Source: an uncultured delta proteobacterium
Lineage (GTDB): Bacteria; Myxococcota; Myxococcia; SLRQ01
Reading direction: 5' to 3'
Assembly (NCBI GenBank): GCA_963727485.1
Contig: CAVSGM010000002.1
Location: forward strand, 480,001 to 544,000
Length of the DNA stretch: 64,000 nt
Shown here: positions 49,706 through 58,835 of the stretch, piece by piece
Position numbering within the stretch: position 1 is the stretch's first letter
How the letters are laid out: each line of letters starts with the position of its first letter
Notes under the pieces: generated by a model
Database searches by the model: none
What the model was told of the DNA's origin: nothing
The model's input: the letters and a program-made list of their open reading frames with translations, nothing else
Made by a program: the position numbers and the translations under genes

Positions 49706-52033
49706 ATGGTCCGCCATCCACTGGTCCCCTTCGCCCTCCCCATCCTGGCCCTCTACCTGCTCGCCGCCGGCTGCACCTTCGGCGGCGCGAGCGCGAGCGG
49801 CCGCGCGTCGAGCCCCTGCCCCGAGGGGCAGGCGTGCACCGACGCCGCCGGCCACCCGGGCGTCTGCGACGGGTTCGGCTGCGAGGTGGCCTGCACCCTG
49901 GGCGAGGCGGACTGCTGCGTGGTCGACCAGGACTGCGCCGCCCTGGGCCAGGACCAGAACCCCGGGGTCTGCGCCAAGGAGACGGGCACCTGCGTCCTTG
50001 CCTGCGCCACGGACGCCGACTGCGCCAGCGTCGACCACGTCGCCGGGGACTGCCACGGCCCCGGGTGCGTGTGCGATCGCGGGGCCTGCCACGGCCCCGG
50101 GTGCGTGTGCAATCGCGGGGCCTGCCACGTCCCCCCGTGCTCGAGCGACGCCGACTGCGGCTCGGGTGCACGCTGCGTCGCCGGGACCTGCGGCCCCGGG
50201 GTCGCCGCCACCGCCTGCGAGGTGCTCCCCGGGCCTCTCACCCTGACCCCGGGCGCGGTCCGGCCCCTCACCGCCCTCGCGCGGGACGGCTCGGGGCCGG
50301 TCCTCCCGGCCACGCCCTTCGCCTGGTGGTCCAGCGACCCGGCGGTGGCCACCGTGGTCCCGTCCTCCGGGGAGGTCGTCGGGGGCGCCCGGCCGGGGAC
50401 CACCACCATCACCGCCGCGACGGGGTCCGCCAGATGCACCACGGAGGTGCGCAACCTCGGTCCCCGGCCCAGCGGGATCCTCCGGGTGGTGGCGCTGGAC
50501 CCGGTCACCCACCGGGGGATCCCGGGCGCCACCGTGGTCGTGCGCCAGGGCGGCGCCGAGCTCGCCTCGGGGGTGACCGGCGCCACCGGCCTGGCCGACC
50601 TCGCGGGCATCCCACCGGGCCCCGTGGACGTGGACGTCCTGCCCCTCGCGCCCGATGGCGGGACGGGGCCCGATGGCGGGACCGCCCCCAACGGCCGCAA
50701 CTGGGTCACCCTCGCCGGGGTCCGGGCCCGGGACCTCCTGGTGCCCCTCGTCCCCAACCCGGTGCGCGACGTGGCCGGCGGGGTCAGGGGGACCGTGTCG
50801 CCCGACACCTTCACGGCCCTGTCGCCGAGCACGGCCCACATGGCGCTGGTGGGCTTCTCCTGGCCGGGCGCCCTCGACGCCCTGGATCTCCGCCGGCTCG
50901 CCGGCCCCTTCGCCCCGGCCTCCTTCGAGATCGCCGGCGTGCAGGTGAACGCCAGCTTCTACTCGGGGCTGGAGCTCGGCATCGGCGACAGGCTCCTCAC
51001 CGGTGGGTACGCCCCGGTGGGCATCCCCGGCCGCCGGGTGCTCTTCGCCCTGGTGGGCAACACGCCCTTGGACCAGTGGCTGCAGAACGCGAGCGCGTTC
51101 CTCCAAGCCGACCCCGAGGCCACGATCCCCGCCGGCGACCTCGCCGCGGCCATCCTCCCGAGCTTCGACCGCTGGGACTACACCGGCCTCACGCGGCCCG
51201 CCACCGCGGTGACGCCCCAGCCCCTGGTGGATGGCGCCCCGGACCTCGAGCACTTCCCCGAGCTCCAGGTCGCCCCCGGCCCCAAGCTCCGCCACCAGGT
51301 GACCATCGACCTGCCGGAGCTGCCCTCGGGGCGCGACGGCGGGCCGGTCGGCGGGATGCTGGCCCTCGCCGGGGTCTTCGTCGACGGGGAGGGCTTCGCG
51401 CCCCTGGGCATGGACCTGGGCGTGGACGTGCTGGGCCGCCAGGACGAGTGGCCCGACGGCACGGTGGACGGCGTCGGCGGCCTCCCGGACGGGGCGATGT
51501 CGCTCTTCTGGGCGCCGCCGAGCGCCGGCCTCGAGGGCCGGGCGCCGTGGCTGCTGCTAATCGCCGGGAGCACCGAGTCCCTCGCCGGGGGCGACCCCTC
51601 CGCGGACGCCTCCCGATCCACCCGGCTGATCCACCTCACGGGGCTGACCCACGGCGTCGCCCTGGACGCCTCGGCGCCCATGCTCCCGGTGCCCTCCGGT
51701 GCCAGCTGGGACCCTGCGACGCGCACGGCCACCGCGGTGTTCCCGGACGGAGCGACGGTCCATCGATGGACTCTCGAGGACGCCGAGGGTCACCGGTGGG
51801 TGGTACTGGCGCCCGGCGATGCAGGCTCCGTCACCCTCCCCGACGAGGCCGCCCGGTGCGCCGCGCCCCTCTGCGCCGATCCGGCGACGGCACCGGTGCG
51901 AGGCTTCGTCGGCGCCCTGGTACTGGTCCGCGGGCTCTCCTACGACGCCCTGGCGCGCCTCGACGGCACCGACCTCGACCGGCTGCCCCGGCTCGCCCTC
52001 GAGACCTCCCGGGCCGAGGTGGTGCTGCGGTGA
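49706..52033 (+). CDS. Large Cys-rich lipoprotein with Ig-like and carboxypeptidase-regulatory-like domains
   Basis: Lipobox LAAGC, CxxDxDC modules, WWSSDPAVATV (Big_2-like), D.VT..GIPGATV. Confidence 0.7.
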   Translation: MVRHPLVPFALPILALYLLAAGCTFGGASASGRASSPCPEGQACTDAAGHPGVCDGFGCEVACTLGEADCCVVDQDCAALGQDQNPGVCAKETGTCVLACATDADCASVDHVAGDCHGPGCVCDRGACHGPGCVCNRGACHVPPCSSDADCGSGARCVAGTCGPGVAATACEVLPGPLTLTPGAVRPLTALARDGSGPVLPATPFAWWSSDPAVATVVPSSGEVVGGARPGTTTITAATGSARCTTEVRNLGPRPSGILRVVALDPVTHRGIPGATVVVRQGGAELASGVTGATGLADLAGIPPGPVDVDVLPLAPDGGTGPDGGTAPNGRNWVTLAGVRARDLLVPLVPNPVRDVAGGVRGTVSPDTFTALSPSTAHMALVGFSWPGALDALDLRRLAGPFAPASFEIAGVQVNASFYSGLELGIGDRLLTGGYAPVGIPGRRVLFALVGNTPLDQWLQNASAFLQADPEATIPAGDLAAAILPSFDRWDYTGLTRPATAVTPQPLVDGAPDLEHFPELQVAPGPKLRHQVTIDLPELPSGRDGGPVGGMLALAGVFVDGEGFAPLGMDLGVDVLGRQDEWPDGTVDGVGGLPDGAMSLFWAPPSAGLEGRAPWLLLIAGSTESLAGGDPSADASRSTRLIHLTGLTHGVALDASAPMLPVPSGASWDPATRTATAVFPDGATVHRWTLEDAEGHRWVVLAPGDAGSVTLPDEAARCAAPLCADPATAPVRGFVGALVLVRGLSYDALARLDGTDLDRLPRLALETSRAEVVLR
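50051..50129 (+). repeat. 36-bp in-frame tandem duplication (CHGPGCVC(D/N)RGA x2)
   Basis: TGCCACGGCCCCGGGTGCGTGTGC(G/A)ATCGCGGGGCC at 50051-50086 and 50087-50122, one mismatch. Confidence 0.9.
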
Positions 52034-52638
52034 TCCCGGGCTGGCGCCACGCGCGGTCTGCGGTCGCCACCGCCGGGCTCGTGGCCCTGCTCTGGACCCC
52101 GGCCGCCCACGCCGCCGGAGGCACCGCGCCAGCACCTCCGCGGGCACCGCCGAGGCTCGAGTGGCTGGTAGGCGGTGGTCTCGGGAGCGACCTCTTTGCC
52201 CTGAGCACGATGGTCCGGGGCACGCTCTGGCCCACGCCCTGGCTTGGCCTCGGGGTGGACGGCCGCCTCTTCCTCATGACCACGCTGCTGCTGGGGGGAC
52301 TGGATCAGGCCGGCGTCGACTTATCCGTCTCCGGGCGGTGGCCCCACGCTGGCGCCGACCTGCTCGTCCGGGCGGCGGCGGGTCCGGCATGGACGGAGGT
52401 GGCGCCCGGCGAGATCGCGCCCACCCACAGCGGACGCGTTCTTCTGGGGCCGGGCGTGCCCCGCGCGGGTCCGGCCCTGAACGCCGCGCTGGAGGTGGAC
52501 GTCGCGCTTCACGACCATCCCCACTCGGACCTGGTGATCGGCCTGCGCGGCGACCTCGGCGTGTCCGCGTGGGGGGCACACTGGGGGTCGGTGGAGCTGG
52601 TCTTCGGCCTCGGCTGGCCGCTCTCCCACGGCGGGTGA
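52030..52638 (+). CDS. Hypothetical secreted protein, possibly a small outer-membrane beta-barrel
   Basis: GTGA overlap with the upstream gene, signal peptide ending AHA, alternating hydrophobic strands (WLGLGVDGRL, VELVFGLGW). Confidence 0.5.
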   Translation: MIPGWRHARSAVATAGLVALLWTPAAHAAGGTAPAPPRAPPRLEWLVGGGLGSDLFALSTMVRGTLWPTPWLGLGVDGRLFLMTTLLLGGLDQAGVDLSVSGRWPHAGADLLVRAAAGPAWTEVAPGEIAPTHSGRVLLGPGVPRAGPALNAALEVDVALHDHPHSDLVIGLRGDLGVSAWGAHWGSVELVFGLGWPLSHGG

Positions 52639-52649
52639 CGCGCGCCCTC

Positions 52650-53447
52650 TCAGGTGCCCCCCGCCGCCTCGAGCCACGCCCGGAGCGCCTCGGGGTCGCC
52701 GGCGTCCACCAGCCGGCGCGCCTCGGCCACCGCCTGCTCGAAGTCCCCGAGCGCCTCCAGCACCGCCTCCCGGTTTTGCACCAGGACGTCGCGCCACATC
52801 ACCGGGTCGCTCCCGGCGAGGCGGAGCATGTCCCGGAGCCCGTCGCCGGCGAGGTCGGGCTCGGCGCACTCGGCGAAGTGCGCCAGGGCGAAGCTCACCA
52901 GATGCGGCAGGTGGCTGGTGCGCGCCAGCGCCGTGTCGTGGTCGCCGGCGGGGAGGAAGACCACCCGGCTCCCGGCGTCGCGCCACAGGCCCGCCACCCG
53001 GTCCGCCAGGGGCCCCTCGGCGCAGAGCACCGTGACCTTGCCGGCGAAGAGGTCGGCGCGGGCGGCGTCGGGGCCGCTTTGGTCGCTGCCGGCGATGGGG
53101 TGGCCGGGGACGTAGGCGACGCCCTCGGGGAGCGCGCCGGGGAGTTCGGCGACGAGGCGCGCCTTGGTGGAGCCGGTGTCGGTGGCCACGGTGCCGGGCT
53201 TGAGGCCCGGGGCCACCGCGCGGGCGACGTCGACCATGGCCCCCACCGGCACCGCCAGGAACACCACCTCGGCCGCCGCACCCACCGCCTCGGGCGCCTC
53301 GACCACCCGGTCCACCAGGCCCGCCGCGAGGGCCCGCGCCCGCACCTCGGGATCGGCGTCATGCCCGGTGACCCGGTGCCCCGCGGCCTTCAGCGCCGCG
53401 CCCAAAGACCCGCCGACGAGCCCCAGGCCGACGACGGCGACGTTCAT
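52650..53447 (-). CDS. tyrA: Prephenate/arogenate dehydrogenase
   Basis: VVGLGLVGGSL, DTGSTK, GHPIAGS, HD..LARTSHLPH, RLAGSDP.MWRD. Confidence 0.92.
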   Translation of the reverse strand: MNVAVVGLGLVGGSLGAALKAAGHRVTGHDADPEVRARALAAGLVDRVVEAPEAVGAAAEVVFLAVPVGAMVDVARAVAPGLKPGTVATDTGSTKARLVAELPGALPEGVAYVPGHPIAGSDQSGPDAARADLFAGKVTVLCAEGPLADRVAGLWRDAGSRVVFLPAGDHDTALARTSHLPHLVSFALAHFAECAEPDLAGDGLRDMLRLAGSDPVMWRDVLVQNREAVLEALGDFEQAVAEARRLVDAGDPEALRAWLEAAGGT

Positions 53448-54553
53448 CCCCCGAGGACCTTCTTCAGGGCACGGACCACCCGGGCGTTCTCCTCGGGGAG
53501 GCCCACGCTGATGCGCGCGCTCTCGAGGAACCCGTAGCCCGCCATGGGCCGGATGATGACCCCCTCGCGCAGGCACGCCTCGAAGACCTCGGTCCCCGGC
53601 CGGCCGAAGTCGGCGAGGACGAAGTTCGCCACGCTCGGGGTCACGGTGACGCCCACCTCGGGCAGCGCCTCCCTGAAGTAGGCGAGGCCCTCGGCGTTCA
53701 GCTTCCGGCTGCGCCGCACGTGCTCGGTGTCGTCGAGGGCCGCCAGCGCCGCCACCTGCCCCAGGCTGTTCACGTTGAACGGCGCCCGCACCCGGTTCAC
53801 GTAGTCGGCGAGCTGCGCCGGCATCACCCCGTAGCCCACGCGCATCCCCGCGAGCCCATGGATCTTGGAGAAGGTCCGGAGCACCACGAGATTCGGGTGG
53901 CTCTCGCGGAAGTGGAGGCCGTCGGGGTAGTCGTCCTCGGTGACGTACTCGAGGTAGGCCTCGTCGAGGACCACGATGACCTGCTCGGGGAGCCGCGAGA
54001 GGAAGCGCCCGAGGGTCTTGCGATCGACCCAGGTCCCGGTGGGGTTGTTGGGGTTGGCCACGAAGACCATGCGGGTGCGCTCGGTCACCGCGTCGGCCAT
54101 GGCGTCGAGGTCGAAGGTCCGGTCCTTCATGGGCACCGAGACCGCGCTGACCCCGTGGGCCTGGAGCGCCAGCTTGTAGACGATGAACGAGCCCTCGCTG
54201 ATGATCGCCTCGTCGTCCCCCTCGGCCACCGTGCCCCGGGGCCGGAGGAACGTCCGCACCAGCAGCTCGAGCAGCTCGTTGGAGCCGTTGCCGACGACCA
54301 GCTCCTCGGTGCGCACCCCGAGGACCTCGGCGAGGTGGCGCTTGAGGTAGAAGCACGCCCCGTCGGGGTAGAGGTGAGCCTTGGCGACCGCCTCACGCAC
54401 CGCCTCGATCGCCTTCTGGCCCGGGCCCAGGGGGTTCTCGTTGCTGGCGAGCTTGGCGACCCCGGTGATCCCGAGCTCGCGCTCGGTCTCCTCGATGGGC
54501 TTGCCGGGGACGTAGGGCTTGAGGCTCTCGATGTGCGGGGGGACCAGGCTCAT
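53444..54553 (-). CDS. hisC: Histidinol-phosphate / aromatic aminotransferase
   Basis: YVPGKP, KLASNENPLG, GNGSNELL, NPNNPTG, DEAY, RTFSKIHGLAGMRVGY. Confidence 0.94.
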   Translation of the reverse strand: MSLVPPHIESLKPYVPGKPIEETERELGITGVAKLASNENPLGPGQKAIEAVREAVAKAHLYPDGACFYLKRHLAEVLGVRTEELVVGNGSNELLELLVRTFLRPRGTVAEGDDEAIISEGSFIVYKLALQAHGVSAVSVPMKDRTFDLDAMADAVTERTRMVFVANPNNPTGTWVDRKTLGRFLSRLPEQVIVVLDEAYLEYVTEDDYPDGLHFRESHPNLVVLRTFSKIHGLAGMRVGYGVMPAQLADYVNRVRAPFNVNSLGQVAALAALDDTEHVRRSRKLNAEGLAYFREALPEVGVTVTPSVANFVLADFGRPGTEVFEACLREGVIIRPMAGYGFLESARISVGLPEENARVVRALKKVLGG

Positions 54554-55653
54554 GGCGCGCTCCCTGGGGGGGCGAGGCGGCGCTCGGCGCGCGGATAGCT
54601 GCCGAGGACCTTGAGGTAGCTCGCCCGGGCGCGGACTTCGGCCAGGGCGGCGGCGACGGGGGCGTCGGATTGGTGCCCCTCGAGATCGACGAAGAACAGG
54701 TACTCGAAGGGGTGCTCGCGCCGGGGCCGGCTCTCGATCTTGGAGAGGTTGAGGCCCCCCTCGGCGAGCGGTGCCAGCACGTCGAAGAGCCCCCCGGGGC
54801 GGTGCTCGGCGGCGACGATGAGGCTGGTCTTGTCGGCGCCCGTGGGGCCCACCGGCTGGGGCCCGAGGACCAGGAACCGGGTGAAGTTCCAGGCGTGGTC
54901 CTCGATGCGCGCCCGCACCACCCGCAGGTCGTAGAGGCGCGCGGCGGCCTCGCCGGCGATGGCGGCGCTCGCGGGGTCCTCGCTGGCGAGCCGCGCGGCC
55001 ATGGCCGTGGACCCCACCTCCACCAGGTTCACGTCCCGGAGGTGGTCGCGGATCCACCCCCGGCACTGGGCCGCGGGCTGGGGGTGGGTGAACACCGTCT
55101 GCACGTCCTCGATGTGCCCGGTACGCGACAGGAGCGAGAGGGACACCTCCTCCACCCGCTCGGCGACGATGGCCAGCGTGGTGGAGAGGAAGCGGTCCAG
55201 GGTCTCGCCCACCACCCCCTCGGTGGTGTTCTCGATGGGCACGATGCCGTAGGCGGCGCGCCCGCGCTCCACCTCGTCGAAGACGTCGTGGATGGTCCGC
55301 GCCGGCATCAGGCGCGCCCCCAGGCCGAAGTGGGCCTTGGCCGCCTGGTGGGAGAAGGTCCCCTCGGGCCCGAGGAAGCTCACCGTCAGCGGCTGCTCCA
55401 GGGCCAGGGAGGCGCTGATGATCTCCCGGAAGACCGTGCGCAGGCTCTCCTCGGGGAAGGTCCCGTCGCTCACCCCCGCGACCCGGTCGAGGACCGCCCG
55501 CTCGCGCTCGGGGACGTAGAACCCGGCGCCCGCCGAGCGCTTCTGCTCGCCCACCTCGCGCACCGCCTTCGCCCGCCGGTCGAGGGCGCGGACGATCTCG
55601 TCGTCGATGGCGTCGATCTCGGCGCGGAGCCGCGACAGGTCGGGCTTCTTCAT
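54550..55653 (-). CDS. pheA: Chorismate mutase / prephenate dehydratase (P-protein)
   Basis: LRAEIDAID, FLGPEGTFSH, PIENTTEG, NFTRFLVL, KIESRP ACT domain. Confidence 0.95.
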   Translation of the reverse strand: MKKPDLSRLRAEIDAIDDEIVRALDRRAKAVREVGEQKRSAGAGFYVPERERAVLDRVAGVSDGTFPEESLRTVFREIISASLALEQPLTVSFLGPEGTFSHQAAKAHFGLGARLMPARTIHDVFDEVERGRAAYGIVPIENTTEGVVGETLDRFLSTTLAIVAERVEEVSLSLLSRTGHIEDVQTVFTHPQPAAQCRGWIRDHLRDVNLVEVGSTAMAARLASEDPASAAIAGEAAARLYDLRVVRARIEDHAWNFTRFLVLGPQPVGPTGADKTSLIVAAEHRPGGLFDVLAPLAEGGLNLSKIESRPRREHPFEYLFFVDLEGHQSDAPVAAALAEVRARASYLKVLGSYPRAERRLAPPGSAP

Positions 55654-55659
55654 GGCGCG

Positions 55660-56628
55660 CTACTGGGCGAGGAGGGCGCCGATGCGCCGGAACTTGTCGT
55701 ACCGGTCCTCCACCAGCTCGCGCCCCGAGAGCTCCTTGAGGGTGGTGAGGTGACGCTTGAGGGCGTCCCCCACCAGCTCCGCCGCGGCGACGTGGTCGCG
55801 GTGGGCCCCGCCCTGGGGCTCGGTGATCCGCTCGTCGCAGATGCCGAACCCGGTGAGGTCCTCGGCGGTGAGCTTCAGGTCGTCGGCGGCCTTCTCGGCG
55901 CGGCCCGGATCCCGGTAGAGGATGGAGCTGCAGGCCTCGGGGCTGATCACCGAGTAGATCGAGTACTCGAGCATCAGCAGGCGGTTGGCGACGGCGATGC
56001 CCAGCGCCCCGCCCGAGCCGCCCTCGCCGATGACCACGCTGACGATGGGCACCTTGAGGCGGCTCATCACCTCGAGGTTCTTGGCGATGGCCTCGGCCTG
56101 GCCGCGCTCCTCGGCGCCGATGCCCGGGTAGGCCCCGGGGGTGTCGACGAAGGTGATGATGGGGCGGTGGAAGCGCTCGGCGAGGTCCATGATCCGCAGG
56201 GCCTTGCGGTAGCCCTCGGGGCGGGGCATCCCGAAGTTGCGGAGCATGTTCTCCTTGGTGTTCCGCCCCTTCTGGTGCCCGATGATGCACACCGGCTCGT
56301 TGCGCAGGTACCCGAAGCCCCCGACGATGGCCGGGTCCTCGCCGAAGTGCCGATCGCCGTGGAGCTCCACGAAGTCGGTGCACAGCAGCCGGATGTAGTC
56401 GAGGGTGTAGGGCCGGCTGTTGTGCCGGGAGAGCTGCACCACCTGCCACCGGGAGAGGTCCTTGAAGATCTCCTTCTGGAGCTTCTCGGCCTTGCGCTCG
56501 AGCTTCTTGATCTCGGCGTCGAGGTTCACCGAGCTGGTGCCCGACATCTGGCGCAGCTCCTCGATCTTCTGCTCGAGGTCGAGGAGGGGCCGCTCGAAGT
56601 CGAGGGCGTGATGAGCCGGCATTCCCAT
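55660..56628 (-). CDS. accA: Acetyl-CoA carboxylase carboxyltransferase alpha subunit
   Basis: LDFERPL, ELHGDR, FGMPRPEGYRKA, DTPGAYPG, GEGGSGGA, YSVISPE. Confidence 0.96.
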   Translation of the reverse strand: MGMPAHHALDFERPLLDLEQKIEELRQMSGTSSVNLDAEIKKLERKAEKLQKEIFKDLSRWQVVQLSRHNSRPYTLDYIRLLCTDFVELHGDRHFGEDPAIVGGFGYLRNEPVCIIGHQKGRNTKENMLRNFGMPRPEGYRKALRIMDLAERFHRPIITFVDTPGAYPGIGAEERGQAEAIAKNLEVMSRLKVPIVSVVIGEGGSGGALGIAVANRLLMLEYSIYSVISPEACSSILYRDPGRAEKAADDLKLTAEDLTGFGICDERITEPQGGAHRDHVAAAELVGDALKRHLTTLKELSGRELVEDRYDKFRRIGALLAQ

Positions 56629-56705
56629 GGAGCGGCCTGTCTATCACCGCCCGGTTGCCGACGCCAAGACGCGCCGCGCCCCCGGTGGTCAGACCACAGG
56701 CGCCC

Positions 56706-57854
56706 TCAGGCGCTGGCGCCTTCGCCGGCCAGGAGCGCGGCCCCGAGGGCCGAGGCGTCGTCGGGGAGGCGCATGGGGGTCTTTCCGAAGAACCGGGCGG
56801 TCGCCGCCTGGATCTCCCGGGCCCGCACCGGCCGGCCGTAGAGGAGCACCGCGTCGATCTCCTCGGGCTCGACCCGCGCCGCCCGGAGCACCGACCGGGC
56901 CACCGCCAGGGTGTGGCGCACCAGGTCGCCGGTGAGCCGCACCAGGGTCCGCCGGTCGAGGCTCACCGCCAGGTCCAGGGGCGCGCCCCCGTCCCCGAGG
57001 GTGAGGAACGGCACCTGCACCGGGGCCACGTCCTCCACGTCGAGGCGCACCTTCGCGGCCTCGGCGGCCTCGAGGATCCGCTGGCACCCCACCGGGTCCG
57101 AGAAGGATCCCATCTGGTGCTGCCGGAGGAAGGCCTCGTGGAGGTGGCCGGCGATCCGCCGGTCGAAGAGCCCGCCGCCGAGGTCCTCCCCGGTGGAGGC
57201 CACCACCTCGTAGTGGCCCTTGCGGTTCCGCTCCAGGACCGTGGCGTCGAAGATGCCCCCGCCGAGGCCGTAGAGGAAGACGGTCTTCAGCGCCCGACCG
57301 CGTCCGGCGGCGTCGACCAGCCGGGTGAGGCAGTCGGACTCGTCGGCGGTCTGGACGTCCTTGAGGCCCGCCCGGCGCGCCGCCTCGGTGAGGGCCTCGC
57401 GCTGGGCGGCGGTGTAGTAGTCGGGGACCGGGAGGATCGCCTCGGTGATCTCGGCGCCGAGGTTGTCCTGGGCCTGGCCCTTGAGGTCCCGGAGGACCAT
57501 CGCCGCGGCGTCGACCATGGAGACCCGGGCGCCGCCGACCTCGGCGCAGAGGCCGTCGTCGGAGGCGAGGACCTTGTAGGCGAGGCCGTCGGTGAACTGG
57601 CGGACCCCGGTGGACTTGAGGTCCCGGCCCAGGAGGCCCTTCATCCCCACCACCGTGTCCGCGGGTCGGGAGACCAGCTGCGCCCGGGCGTCGCGACCCA
57701 CCAGCCACCGGCCCCGGGCGTCCACCGCCACCGCCGCCGGGAGGGTCACCGCCCCACCCCGCAGGGGCACGGACCGGGGCTTCGCTCCGTCCAGGGTCGC
57801 GGCCACCGCGTTGGTCGTGCCGAGGTCGAGTGCGACGCCCCTCATTCCACCCAT
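56706..57854 (-). CDS. Hsp70-family protein, nucleotide-binding domain only, degenerate
   Basis: ALDLGTTN, VPDYYTAAQREA..AGL, YGLGGGIFDAT, LGGGLFDRRI, EAAEAAKVRL, ALGAA; no substrate-binding domain. Confidence 0.8.
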   Translation of the reverse strand: MGGMRGVALDLGTTNAVAATLDGAKPRSVPLRGGAVTLPAAVAVDARGRWLVGRDARAQLVSRPADTVVGMKGLLGRDLKSTGVRQFTDGLAYKVLASDDGLCAEVGGARVSMVDAAAMVLRDLKGQAQDNLGAEITEAILPVPDYYTAAQREALTEAARRAGLKDVQTADESDCLTRLVDAAGRGRALKTVFLYGLGGGIFDATVLERNRKGHYEVVASTGEDLGGGLFDRRIAGHLHEAFLRQHQMGSFSDPVGCQRILEAAEAAKVRLDVEDVAPVQVPFLTLGDGGAPLDLAVSLDRRTLVRLTGDLVRHTLAVARSVLRAARVEPEEIDAVLLYGRPVRAREIQAATARFFGKTPMRLPDDASALGAALLAGEGASA

Positions 57855-57855
57855 G

Positions 57856-58835
57856 CTAGCACGCCTCCGGCTCCTCCCTTGACCCGTCGAGCCAGGCCTC
57901 GAGCTCGGACCCGAGCCCGGCGACCTCGACGCCTGGATCCAGCCAGACGACGCCGGGCTCCTTGCGTAACCAGGTCCCCTGGCGCCGGGCGTACTGCCAG
58001 GTCCGGGCGGCCAGGCGGTCGACCAGGGCCGCCCGGTCCAGCTCGCCTTGGAGCCAGGCGGCGACCTCGGCGTAGCCCAGCACCCGCGGGAGCCGGTGGG
58101 TCCCGCCCTCGGCGGCGAGGAGGCGCCGGACCTCGTCGGCCCACCCGGCGTCGAGCATCGCCTCCACCCGGGTGCGGATGCGGCCGCGCAGCGCGTCGCG
58201 GGGGAGGCGCAGGGCCAGGAGCCGGTGGGGATGGCGGGCCTCGGCGAAGCGGTGGTCCGCCTGGATCCCCGAGAGGGGCCGCCCGGCGAGGCGGTGGACC
58301 TCCAGGGCCCGGATCAGCCGGAGGCGGTCGTTGGGGTGGAGGCGGGCGGCGGCCTCGGGGTCGACCTCGGCGAGGCGGGCGTGGAGGGCCGCGGTGCCCT
58401 CGGCGTCGGCGCGGGCCTCGAGCTCGGCCCGGAGGGCCTCGTCCCGGGGGGCGCCGGGGCCAGCCCGTGGAGGAGCCCCCGGATCCACAGGCCCGTGCCC
58501 CCGACCACCAGGGCCCGGCGCCCCCGGCGGTGGATGTCGGCGAGGGCGGCGTCGGCGAGGGCCACGTAGTCGGCGACGGTGAGCTGCTCGCCGGGATCGG
58601 CGACGTCGAGGAGGTGGTGGGGCACCCGCGCCCGGTCGGCGGCGCTCGGCTTGGCGGTGCCCACGTCGAGGCCCCGGTAGACCTGCTGGGAGTCGGCGCC
58701 GACGATCTCGGCGCCCAGGCGCTCGGCCAGCGCCAGGGCCAGGGCGCTCTTGCCGCTGGCGGTGGGCCCGGTGAGGACCACGATCCGGGGCCGCCCCGCC
58801 TGGGCCCCGGGCGTCGCCGGCGCGTCCCCGCTCAT
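57856..58835 (-). CDS. miaA: tRNA dimethylallyltransferase (frameshift in a C/G run near 58445)
   Basis: GPTASGKS, ADSQQVYRGLDVGTAKP, VGGTGLW / LHPNDRLRLIRALEV, YARRQGTW. Confidence 0.93.
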
